From: a virus
Lineage: Duplodnaviria > Heunggongvirae > Uroviricota > Caudoviricetes
Virus record (IMG/VR): IMGVR_UViG_2548876698_000017
DNA: 34,976 nt
Direction: 5' to 3' (one strand)
Shown here: in pieces, positions 25,132 through 33,908 of the stretch
How the letters are laid out: each line of letters opens with the position of its first letter
Position numbering within the stretch: position 1 is the stretch's first letter
Made by a program: the position numbers and the translations under genes
The notes under the pieces: model-generated
Databases searched by the model: none
Told to the model about the DNA's origin: nothing
What the model saw: only the letters and a program-made list of their open reading frames with translations

Positions 25132-25595
25132 TGATCGACGTTAAAATTATTCCCGCTACCGAAGAGCATCTTCAGATGATTTTGCCGGATGTTCGTCAGG
25201 CTGATATTGACGAACTGTATGCAGTATCACTGATGACTACCGAAGATGCGCTACGTGTTGGTCTTCGCACTGCGACTATGGCCTGGTCAGGGTTCGCGAA
25301 CGGAGAACTGGTAACCATGTTTGGTGTATCTCCGGCGTCAATGATCGGTGGCAATGGTACGCCCTGGCTGGTAGGAACCAGCCGTATTGAAAAATATCAG
25401 AAGACATTTCTTCGCCACTGCCGCCCTGTATTGCAGCAGATGCTGGCAGTTTATCCGCGCCTGGAAAACTACGTCGACGAGCGAAACCATGTTGCCAAAG
25501 CATGGCTGCACTGGCTTGGATTCAGGCTTGAAGAAGCCGCGCCTTATGGTGCTCTTGGTCTTAATTTCCACAGATTTCACATGGAGAGAAAATAA
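25131..25595 (+). CDS. Internal virion/assembly protein (gp13-like position)
   Basis: ATG at 25131 (MIDVKIIPA...) overlapping the previous stop as TGATG; assignment by synteny. Confidence 0.4.
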   Translation: MIDVKIIPATEEHLQMILPDVRQADIDELYAVSLMTTEDALRVGLRTATMAWSGFANGELVTMFGVSPASMIGGNGTPWLVGTSRIEKYQKTFLRHCRPVLQQMLAVYPRLENYVDERNHVAKAWLHWLGFRLEEAAPYGALGLNFHRFHMERK

Positions 25596-26140
25596 TGTGC
25601 GATCCGGTTATTGCTGGTGGCGCAATGCTCGCCATGAGTGGCATTCAGGCATACACCCAGTACCAACAGGGAAAGTATGCCTCGAAGGTTGCAGAAGCGA
25701 ACGCAGATATAGCCACAGCTCAGGCAAATGATGCAATAAACAGAGGTAACGCTGAAGCTGAGCAACGACGCAGAGAGACCCGACAGCGGCTTGGTACACA
25801 GGCGGCGACAATGGGGGCTACCGGCGCTGATTTATCTACAGGTAACGCGCTGGATATATTTGGCGACACTGCCCAGTTTGGCGCTCTTGATTCGCTGACG
25901 ACGGTGAATAACGCGCAACGCGAGGCTTACGGTTATCAGGTTCAGGCTGCCAACTATAAAGCAGAAGCCAGTTCAGCCCGTAAACAGGGGAATGTGGGAG
26001 CAGCAACAACATTGCTCACTGCGCCTCTGAAGGCATACGGTGCGTACCAGATGTTTGGTGGGACGTGGAGTCCGTTTACTCAAAGCACTCCTGCGCCAAT
26101 CGGGGCAGCAGCAGGAACCAGATTACCCGGAGGATTATAA
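25595..26140 (+). CDS. Internal virion protein (gp14-like position)
   Basis: 181-aa Ala/Gln-rich ORF; start overlaps previous stop (TAATG); assignment by synteny. Confidence 0.5.
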   Translation: MCDPVIAGGAMLAMSGIQAYTQYQQGKYASKVAEANADIATAQANDAINRGNAEAEQRRRETRQRLGTQAATMGATGADLSTGNALDIFGDTAQFGALDSLTTVNNAQREAYGYQVQAANYKAEASSARKQGNVGAATTLLTAPLKAYGAYQMFGGTWSPFTQSTPAPIGAAAGTRLPGGL

Positions 26141-28653
26141 TGCCAGTCGTACCAACAGTATCCGGACGTCAGGTTGAGAGTCGTGGAGTTCAGTCAGCAG
26201 GCTTGCAGACGTTTTCTCAGCAAGGTATTGGTGATGCTTTTGTTCGGGCAGGGACAGAGGCAATTGATGTTTTGGGGCAGGCAAAACAGCGTGCCAATAT
26301 CGCTCTGGCTCAGGAGGCATCTCTTAACCTCAGTCAGATAAGCAGCGATCTGCTGAATAATCCTGAAACAGGATTGCTTAACCTGAAAGGGAAAAATGCT
26401 ATTGGAAAAGGCCATGAGTATACGCAGCAGTTTGATGCTCAGGTCGAACAACTGGCTATGTCGCTGCCGGATGAACAGGCTCGTAATGCTTTCATGCAGC
26501 AGGCGCAGCAGCAGCGCATTCAGTTCACTACGCAGGCCGGGCGACACGAGATAGGGCAAATTAATGCCTACGAAGAAGGCCAGTTTCAGGCGACACTGCT
26601 GAACAATGGTAAAAATGCCGCAGCATTGTATGGCGACAACGCCGCATACGTATTGGCTAACAAGCAAACTTTCCAGCAAATTGAGGAGTACGGTGTTGCA
26701 CATGGCTGGAGCAACGAGCAAATCCATGCCAAGAAAATCGAGTTTAAAGAGAAGGTTGCTGATGCTGCATTGTCCCAGTGGTCGGCAAACAATGCGACCG
26801 CATTCATCCAAAGTAATGGCGAGTTAAGTGATACTGCTGCTGGAGCTCGCCGTGCTGTAGCAGATAGTGACTCTTCCGAGCGTGCCCGTGGCATACGCAA
26901 CAATAACCCAGGAAATCTCGAATACAGCAAAACTAATCCGTGGGTAGGCCAGACCGGTGATGATGGTCGATTTGCTAAATTCGAAACACCTGAACACGGG
27001 ATTCGTGCATTAGGGCGGAACCTGATGTCGTATCAGAGGCAGGGTATTGATACCGTCAGCGAGATAATTAATCGCTGGGCACCGCCTGCTGATAAAAATG
27101 ACACTATGTCGTATATCAAAGCAGTGTGCGAACAACTTGGCGTTTCTGCTGATGAGCCTCTCGATGCATCTAATCCTGATACCCTGAAGGCGCTTTGTGC
27201 AGCCATTATCCATCATGAGAACGGTAGCCAGCCATACAGTGATCAGCAGTTAACTGCTGGTGTCAGTGCAGCACTTGGTTTATCAACAATTCCAACCAAC
27301 ACCAAACGCTATACCGGTAATGCAGCATTCGATGCGGCATCTCCTGAGGCGCAGGCAAGTTTTATGCGACAGGCGGATCAACTGCGTCGGCAGCAGCAGG
27401 CTGAATATAAAACGATGATTGACAGCCAGGTTCGCGATGCTACAGCTGCGTATATGCGTGGCGTTGAATTTCCTAACCCACCTGGTGAGGCTGATTTTAT
27501 TGCAGCTTATGGAGTAAGAGAAGGAAACCTGCGATATACCGAGTTCAGAAATACGCAAATCGCCGGACAGTATATAGGCTCTTTCCGCAACATGCCGACA
27601 AGCAGCATTACAGCATATGTTGAGCAATTACGCCCGGATACTGGTGAGACAGGGGAGGGTTATGCGGCACGAGCCGCTCTTTATGACAACGTTGTGTCGG
27701 CTGCAAGTCAGGTGATAAAGCAGCGACAGGCTGATCCTGTACAGTTCTCTCTTGCCGCCGGACAGGCAAAGCCTATCGACATGAGCAATAAGGATAACTT
27801 TGGACAGAGCGTTGCCTTGCGTGCTGCTCAGGTCAGTGACCTTGCTAAGTCATATGGCACTCCACTGACGTTCTTTTCCAAAGACGAGGCCAATCAGATC
27901 GGTGTTTTCTTTCGTGATGCGCCCGTTTCCCAACAGGCAGCATATCTCGATACCATCAGGCAGAGCACTGGTGGTGGGCAGGTGTATATGTCAGCACTAC
28001 AGCAGATCAGTGCCAACGCTCCATCTGCTGCCGTTGCCGGGATACTGATGGATAAGCCAGGTGGTATTTTGGCAGAAAAAAACTGGTTTAATCCGGATGT
28101 TTCCGTGTCTCCAGAAACCGCTGCGCAGACAATTCTTGCTGGCGCGGCGGCTCGTAAAGGTACTGATGACGCGAAAGGTATTCCGATGCCTAAAGATGCT
28201 GATCTTCGCCTTGAGTTTTCTGACATGGTGAAGGATGCATTTGCTGGTGATGCTCAGGGGGCATCAATGGCATACGAGATCGCAAAGGACTATTACGCTG
28301 GTGTGATGGCGAAAAAAGGCGTGGTATCAGGCGAAATTGACAATGATATCTGGAAACAGGCTGTTAACGTAGCTACAGGTGGCGTGCATGACTATAACGG
28401 AATGGGGAATGTTCTTTTGCCGTGGGGAATGTCTGCAGAGCAATTCGATAAGCAGGTTAATCAGGCTTGGAATGAACAAGTTGTTGGCACAGGGATAAAA
28501 ACACCGCCTGGTCAGTATGGTTTGCAAAGTTACGGCGATAGTCAGTACCTGGTGAAACTTGGTACTGGTTATCTGCTAAAAGATGATGGTTCTCCCGTTG
28601 TTCTTGATCTGACACAGAAGCGTCAGAGATTCTCCGGAGATATTCCGCAATGA
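26140..28653 (+). CDS. Large internal virion/ejection protein with a possible peptidoglycan-degrading domain
   Basis: Listed ORF 26065..28653; I prefer ATG at 26140 (MPVVPTVSG...) with GGAGGA RBS. Central segment GIRNNNPGNLEYSKTNPWVGQTGDDGRFAKF may be a muralytic domain, as carried by ejection proteins of T7-like phages. Confidence 0.55.
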   Translation: MPVVPTVSGRQVESRGVQSAGLQTFSQQGIGDAFVRAGTEAIDVLGQAKQRANIALAQEASLNLSQISSDLLNNPETGLLNLKGKNAIGKGHEYTQQFDAQVEQLAMSLPDEQARNAFMQQAQQQRIQFTTQAGRHEIGQINAYEEGQFQATLLNNGKNAAALYGDNAAYVLANKQTFQQIEEYGVAHGWSNEQIHAKKIEFKEKVADAALSQWSANNATAFIQSNGELSDTAAGARRAVADSDSSERARGIRNNNPGNLEYSKTNPWVGQTGDDGRFAKFETPEHGIRALGRNLMSYQRQGIDTVSEIINRWAPPADKNDTMSYIKAVCEQLGVSADEPLDASNPDTLKALCAAIIHHENGSQPYSDQQLTAGVSAALGLSTIPTNTKRYTGNAAFDAASPEAQASFMRQADQLRRQQQAEYKTMIDSQVRDATAAYMRGVEFPNPPGEADFIAAYGVREGNLRYTEFRNTQIAGQYIGSFRNMPTSSITAYVEQLRPDTGETGEGYAARAALYDNVVSAASQVIKQRQADPVQFSLAAGQAKPIDMSNKDNFGQSVALRAAQVSDLAKSYGTPLTFFSKDEANQIGVFFRDAPVSQQAAYLDTIRQSTGGGQVYMSALQQISANAPSAAVAGILMDKPGGILAEKNWFNPDVSVSPETAAQTILAGAAARKGTDDAKGIPMPKDADLRLEFSDMVKDAFAGDAQGASMAYEIAKDYYAGVMAKKGVVSGEIDNDIWKQAVNVATGGVHDYNGMGNVLLPWGMSAEQFDKQVNQAWNEQVVGTGIKTPPGQYGLQSYGDSQYLVKLGTGYLLKDDGSPVVLDLTQKRQRFSGDIPQ

Positions 28654-30452
28654 GTTACTTTGGCCTTAATCCAGTAAACCAGAATCAGCAGCTTGACGAA
28701 GCAGCATCAAATCCAGTTGGCTTTAACAGCGATGTTGGTTTTTTCGACAATGCTGTAGGAGCGGCATTGTCTGGTTTGTACTCCGGGCTGGTGGCAAAGC
28801 CAGATCAGTTGCTCTGGGCAGGGATGGATAAAATCGTATCCCCGATTGCTCAGTTTGTTAACGAAAACACCTCGCTCAATGACACTTCAGTTTCATACAT
28901 TGCCGAGCAGAGAAAACTAGCAGAGCAGCAGGTTAAGCGGCTGACGCCTGATGCCGCGACAACCGGAACCGCCGGGCAGGTTCTTTATGGGTTGTTCGAT
29001 ATGGGCGGGCAGGCTGTTATCGGTACAACGCTCGGTGGTCCGGTCGGAGGTGCTGCGGCGGTAACTTCGCTACAGGGTTTTTCTGAGTTTGAACGGCTGA
29101 CAGCACAGGGTGTTGATTTCAGGACGGCGCAGGAAGCGGGATTAGTGCAGGGTATTACTGCTGGTGCCGGAACACTGATCCCTATGAGCCTCGGGTTACG
29201 TGCTGGTGGTGCGCTGGCGGAAGGTGTGGCGGCTCAGCTTGCGCGGACGGGTGAAAGTTCAGTGCGACGCGCCGCAGCAACAGCAGTACGTGCAACGCCA
29301 GATATTGCCTATGCCGCAGGTACAAATATTGCGTTCGGTATGGCACAGCGTGGGCTTACTGCAAAAACGCTTCGTGATGGTGGCTATAGCGAAATGGCTA
29401 ACCAGTATGATGTGTTGGATCGACAGGCAATTGCTATTGATGCTGTTCTTGGGGTGGCGTTTGGTGGTGTCGGCAGATTTATTAACTCTCGCGGTGAGGC
29501 TACAAGCACCCCCAATTTTTCACCAGTTGATGTCGATGCGGCACTGGCGGCGAATGCCGCTCATCATGCTGAAATTGATATTTCTCCCGGCGTGCCGATC
29601 AACGTGCTTTCGCGCAATTCTCACATTCAGGCTCTGCGAAAAGCTATGTCTGATGTTAGCCAGGGGAGACCTGTAGACGTTGCCAGCATTGTTGAGTCTG
29701 CATCTTTCAGTGAAATTCCTGGGCGCAAGAGTCTGCTGTCTCAGGCAGTTAATGAGGCTCTGTCATCTGTAGATGATGGAGTAACGGCGCGCGCTATAGA
29801 AAATCGGTTGCTTGAAGAACAGGCCGCGCAGCTTTTGCCGCGTGGAGATAGACAGGTTTACCAGTCTGAAATCGCTAATAGCCAACGAATTATTGAAAAT
29901 CTCACTGAACAGCGTGCACAAATTCTTGCAGAAGAGCCAACCGGTAGCGGTAAAGCTTTGTCTCGTGCTCGATCAGATAAACAGGCCAGACTTCGCGATA
30001 TTGACCAACGAATCCGGCAGGCACAAGAACGCCTGGAATTTTCTCGTAACGCGTTGGCACCGCATGAGCCTGGCGGTCAGTTTTTTGAAGCTCGAGCAGA
30101 ACTGGCTCGGAGACAGCAGGCAGAAAGTGAACTTAATGCTCAGGCTGTTTCATTCTATAAAACAGCAGAGGTCAGGACGCCAGACGAAGTAGCTCCTTTT
30201 GAGCCCGGTAAGATATTGCAACAGACAGAACAAAAAATGATGGCAGATCCGGCAGGAGATATTGATCTGCGTATAGCTGAAGACTCGCTGCTTGAATCTC
30301 CGGACATGATAATCACCGTGCTGGATGATGATGGTAATCCACAATCGCGCAGTGCGCGTGAAGTACTGGATGAAGCGAACAGGGAAAGTGAGCAGGCAAT
30401 ACAGGATTCCAGCCTGTTTGATGTTGCTGTGGCGTGTTTCTTGAGAGGTTAA
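28650..30452 (+). CDS. Internal virion/ejection protein
   Basis: 600-aa Ala/Gly-rich ORF overlapping the previous stop; assignment by synteny. Confidence 0.5.
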   Translation: MSYFGLNPVNQNQQLDEAASNPVGFNSDVGFFDNAVGAALSGLYSGLVAKPDQLLWAGMDKIVSPIAQFVNENTSLNDTSVSYIAEQRKLAEQQVKRLTPDAATTGTAGQVLYGLFDMGGQAVIGTTLGGPVGGAAAVTSLQGFSEFERLTAQGVDFRTAQEAGLVQGITAGAGTLIPMSLGLRAGGALAEGVAAQLARTGESSVRRAAATAVRATPDIAYAAGTNIAFGMAQRGLTAKTLRDGGYSEMANQYDVLDRQAIAIDAVLGVAFGGVGRFINSRGEATSTPNFSPVDVDAALAANAAHHAEIDISPGVPINVLSRNSHIQALRKAMSDVSQGRPVDVASIVESASFSEIPGRKSLLSQAVNEALSSVDDGVTARAIENRLLEEQAAQLLPRGDRQVYQSEIANSQRIIENLTEQRAQILAEEPTGSGKALSRARSDKQARLRDIDQRIRQAQERLEFSRNALAPHEPGGQFFEARAELARRQQAESELNAQAVSFYKTAEVRTPDEVAPFEPGKILQQTEQKMMADPAGDIDLRIAEDSLLESPDMIITVLDDDGNPQSRSAREVLDEANRESEQAIQDSSLFDVAVACFLRG

Positions 30453-30457
30453 ATTAA

Positions 30458-32932
30458 ATGAGACAGGAATGTATACAAGCGGTCCAGCAGGCGGCGCAGC
30501 GCACGTTAACGGCGCGAGAAATACAGAACATTGAAGACCGCATTTATCGAAATATGCGCTCCATTGCTCGTGATGACCCGATGTCGTGGCGACAACTTTC
30601 CGAATCAGAACGGTTGTATCGTGCAGCACAATTGGCATCTGAAGAATTACAGCGAGAAGCGGCATTAAAGAAACGTCGTGTGGCCCTCACTATAGCCGCA
30701 CGTCAGAGATTGGATAAATTTATCAATAGCTATCAAGGGGCTGATGGGAAACTTGGCGCTCTTAACCGTACTATTGCTTTTAATGCAGACGGTAAATCGA
30801 ATTTCCTCTCTGTTGAATCCAGAACAAAAGCCACTCGTGATTATGCATTGAGTCAATTGCAGGAGGCATTTGAAGCAGTTGATCCTCGCTTTTTTGGCCT
30901 GTTTGAAGATGAAGCGGGCGTGCGTGACCTGGTATATGAAATGCGAGGGCAAAATACTGGCAATGCTAAAGCAAGAAAAGGTGCTAAGGCGTGGAGAGAA
31001 GTGACAGATCTACTGCGCCGCCGGTTTAATGATGCTGGTGGGGACATTGGCTATCTCGAAAACTGGGGGATCCCTCAACATCATTCTATGGAAAAGGTTG
31101 GGGCGGTATCAAAAGATAAATGGGTTAGCGATGTTATAGGTAAGCTGGATCGCAAATATTATACCCGAGCCGATGGACAACTGATGAACGATGCCGAGTT
31201 GTCTGCATTTCTTGGAGAGGCTTATAACACGATCGCTACTGGTGGGCTGAATAAGCTTACTGATACCGGAATGCGAATTTCCGGCGTACGTGCTAACCGT
31301 GGTAATGCATCACGACAGATACATTTCAAAGATGCAGATTCCTATCTGCAATATCAGCAACTTTATGGCGATCGCTCTCTATGGGAAATCATGGTCGGTC
31401 ACCTGGAAGGTATCAGTAAAGATATTGCGCTGGTGGAAACATATGGCCCAAACCCCGATCATGTTTTCCGCTCTCTTCTTGATCAGGTTAAGGCAGAAAC
31501 GGCAACAGCTAACCCGAGTAAAACCGGTAGCGTCGAGCGTCTGGCGAACAAAACAGAGAACTTGTACAACTTTATTTCCGGAAAAACACAGCCTGTAGCG
31601 AATCCGCACATCGCGCGATGGTCTGACAATATCCGCAACTGGCTGGTTGCCAGCAGACTCGGATCCGCGTTGCTGTCATCGTTCTCTGATCTTGGAACCA
31701 TGTATCTGTCTGCGAAGGTTACCAACCTTCCAATGAACCAGTTATTTCGCAACCAGCTTGAAGCTATGGACCCAACGAACCGTACTGAGCTTGCGCGGGC
31801 GCGCCGCGCTGGCCTGGCGATGGAATCTCTACTTGGCAGCGTTAACCGCTGGGCGATGGATAATATGGGGCCGTCTGTGTCTCGTTGGGCGGCAACGGCG
31901 GTAATGCGTGCCAGTGGGCTTACAGCATGGTCAGGTGCGCACAAGCGCGCCTATGGCGTAACCATGATGGGAAGCCTGGGAGAAGTAGTGTCACGGACAC
32001 CAGACCTTCGTAGCCTCGATGACTCTGATTTTCGTATCCTGAAAAGTAAAGGGATTACTGACACAGACTGGAGCGTATGGAAGCTGGCGCAACAGGAGGA
32101 CTGGGGGAACGGTAATAATACGATGCTGACACCGGAAAGCATTATGCGTATCCCTGATTCAGCAGTTAAACATCTTGGTGAGCCTGAACGCGTGAAATTT
32201 GAGGCAATGCGTAAACTGCTCGGTGCCGTAACTGAAGAAGTTGATATGGCTGTTATTACACCGGGAGCACGTGAGCAACTGATAACCGGTTCTGGTATTC
32301 AGCGTGGAACATGGAAAGGTGAATTAACGAGAAGTGTTTTCCTGTTTAAATCGTTCCCTATCTCGGTTGTTATGCGTCACTGGTCACGCGCTATGGGTAT
32401 GCCGTCTGCTGGTGGGCGTGCGGCATATATTGCGACGTTTATTGCCAGTACGACCATTCTTGGCGCTTTGTCGCAGCAACTTAACGACCTTGCGTCTGGT
32501 CGTAATCCTCGAGAGATGACAGGAGAAGATGCCGCAAAATTCTGGCTTGGTGCTCTACTGAAAGGTGGTGGTCTTGGCCTTTACGGTGACTTTTTATTGT
32601 CAGATCACACTAGGTACGGAAGCGGCGCGCTGGCGTCGATGCTTGGCCCGGTAGCTGGTCTGGTTGATGACGTAGTGAAGATTGCTCAGGGCATACCGTT
32701 AAATGCTGTGGAAGGGAAGAGTGAGCAGACTGGTGGTGATCTGGTGAAGCTGGGGAAAGGTTTGATGCCTGGTGCGAATCTCTGGTACTTGAAGGCGGCT
32801 CTCGATCACATGATCTTTAACCAGATGCAGGAGTATTTTTCACCAGGCTATTTGCGTAAAATGGAGCAACGTTCGAAGAAAGAGTTTAACCAGACATACT
32901 GGTGGCGACCTCAGGATGTCACTCCGCAATAA
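30458..32932 (+). CDS. Internal virion/ejection protein (large)
   Basis: 824-aa ORF; last of three consecutive large ORFs before the tailspike; assignment by synteny. Confidence 0.5.
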   Translation: MRQECIQAVQQAAQRTLTAREIQNIEDRIYRNMRSIARDDPMSWRQLSESERLYRAAQLASEELQREAALKKRRVALTIAARQRLDKFINSYQGADGKLGALNRTIAFNADGKSNFLSVESRTKATRDYALSQLQEAFEAVDPRFFGLFEDEAGVRDLVYEMRGQNTGNAKARKGAKAWREVTDLLRRRFNDAGGDIGYLENWGIPQHHSMEKVGAVSKDKWVSDVIGKLDRKYYTRADGQLMNDAELSAFLGEAYNTIATGGLNKLTDTGMRISGVRANRGNASRQIHFKDADSYLQYQQLYGDRSLWEIMVGHLEGISKDIALVETYGPNPDHVFRSLLDQVKAETATANPSKTGSVERLANKTENLYNFISGKTQPVANPHIARWSDNIRNWLVASRLGSALLSSFSDLGTMYLSAKVTNLPMNQLFRNQLEAMDPTNRTELARARRAGLAMESLLGSVNRWAMDNMGPSVSRWAATAVMRASGLTAWSGAHKRAYGVTMMGSLGEVVSRTPDLRSLDDSDFRILKSKGITDTDWSVWKLAQQEDWGNGNNTMLTPESIMRIPDSAVKHLGEPERVKFEAMRKLLGAVTEEVDMAVITPGAREQLITGSGIQRGTWKGELTRSVFLFKSFPISVVMRHWSRAMGMPSAGGRAAYIATFIASTTILGALSQQLNDLASGRNPREMTGEDAAKFWLGALLKGGGLGLYGDFLLSDHTRYGSGALASMLGPVAGLVDDVVKIAQGIPLNAVEGKSEQTGGDLVKLGKGLMPGANLWYLKAALDHMIFNQMQEYFSPGYLRKMEQRSKKEFNQTYWWRPQDVTPQ

Positions 32933-32941
32933 GGAAGTGTT

Positions 32942-33115
32942 GTGTTTTTAATTATTTTGAGTGTGATAATTTCTGGTGGATTGTTATTTATTGACCGCTA
33001 CAAATATTTTCTTAACCCTCAGACTCAAGCTATTTGCTGGTTCATCTTTGTTGTGCAGGGAGTAGTTCTTGTTGCAAGCCTTATTGAGGGGAGGCCTCTT
33101 ATTTTTACTGGGTAA
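32942..33115 (+). CDS. Possible 57-aa hydrophobic ORF, not in the supplied ORF track
   Basis: GTG at 32942 preceded by AAGGAAG; predicted product VFLIILSVIISGGLLFIDRYKYFLNPQTQAICWFIFVVQGVVLVASLIEG... has two hydrophobic segments. Short and GTG-initiated, so uncertain. Confidence 0.25.
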   Translation: MFLIILSVIISGGLLFIDRYKYFLNPQTQAICWFIFVVQGVVLVASLIEGRPLIFTG

Positions 33116-33127
33116 ATAGGTGACTAC

Positions 33128-33424
33128 ATGCAAGCTATAGGATTCATTGTTTATATCGTCGTTGGTCTTTTTCAGTTGGCAGCAATTATGGCTGGGCTTG
33201 AATCATGGTGGGGATTGCACTGGATAATTGCAGCCCCCATTGCTTTCATCGTGAGCTATATTCCATTTGTTGGAGCGATTGTTGGTATGGTTGGCGCTGT
33301 GGATGTATGGCGGTGGGAGTGGTGGCAGGCTGGCCTTCTCTTCTTTGGTGGGATCATCTTTGCTATTGTCTGCGGTGGAATGTCATCATTTTTCGAATGG
33401 CTATCATTCAGAAAAGGGACGTGA
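33128..33424 (+). CDS. Small integral membrane protein with about three hydrophobic segments (holin-like or exclusion-type moron; function unknown)
   Basis: 98-aa ORF (MQAIGFIVYIVVGLFQLAAIMAGL...WIIAAPIAFIVSYIPFVGAIVGMVGAV...LLFFGGIIFAIVCGG); lies between ejection-protein genes and the tailspike; no adjacent endolysin. Confidence 0.5.
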   Translation: MQAIGFIVYIVVGLFQLAAIMAGLESWWGLHWIIAAPIAFIVSYIPFVGAIVGMVGAVDVWRWEWWQAGLLFFGGIIFAIVCGGMSSFFEWLSFRKGT

Positions 33425-33455
33425 CATGTCACAGGCCGCTTTCGCGGCCTTTTCT

Positions 33456-33713
33456 TTATGTGGTTTGTTTTCGTAATTGTTCGGCACAATAGTCGAGATG
33501 TGTTTGCAGATCCTGCATAGACATCTGTGAGCTGGTGACGTAGTTAATCAGTGCAGTCAGTTCGGCAAGTGGGCCATCGACATTAAATCCATCCTTATCG
33601 AGATCCCGGAGTAATTTCATCAAGTGCGATCCCTCCACCAGTGACCTGACGCCTCCCGGCGTGTGAATCCTTTCGGTAAATCCGTCTTCCAGTGGATAGT
33701 GATACTGCTGCAT
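33456..33713 (-). CDS. LexA-box-associated small protein (candidate SOS-induced antirepressor or other SOS moron)
   Basis: Listed ORF 33456..33731 starts at TTG; I prefer ATG at 33713 (MQQYHYPLEDG...) with GGAGAAG RBS. A near-consensus LexA box lies 22-37 bp upstream of that ATG. Confidence 0.55.
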   Translation of the reverse strand: MQQYHYPLEDGFTERIHTPGGVRSLVEGSHLMKLLRDLDKDGFNVDGPLAELTALINYVTSSQMSMQDLQTHLDYCAEQLRKQTT

Positions 33714-33732
33714 CTTATCTTCTCCATGCAAT

Positions 33733-33752
33733 AACTGTATAAATATACAGTA
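33733..33752. promoter_or_regulatory. LexA (SOS) box AACTGTATAAATATACAGTA
   Basis: CTGT-N8-ACAG with AT-rich spacer, close to the consensus TACTGTATATATATACAGTA; 22-37 bp upstream of the preferred ATG of the 33456..33713 minus-strand ORF. Confidence 0.8.
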
Positions 33753-33789
33753 TCAAATAATTTGTTTGCTATCCAGCACGTTTTGCGAA

Positions 33790-33804
33790 TCACCTGAAAG
33801 GTAA
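33790..33804. promoter_or_regulatory. Operator-like site TCACCTGAAAGGTAA (one mismatch; ACCTGAAAGGTAATA is shared with the 16849 site)
   Basis: Between the LexA-box gene (minus) and the tailspike gene (plus). Confidence 0.45.
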
Positions 33805-33908
33805 TATCTGTTCGTATTTATGGGTTATATATCCATATGTGGTTTTTCAGGTAATAGAATAACCGGATATGCGGCGCAACGGGTGCTGCGACTATCTGGA
33901 GATTTAAC

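Noticed and set aside
33128-33424. Complete lysis cassette (holin plus endolysin) in this window
   Set aside because: Only a small membrane protein is present and no endolysin-like ORF is adjacent. Lysis genes are expected beyond the tailspike, outside the window.
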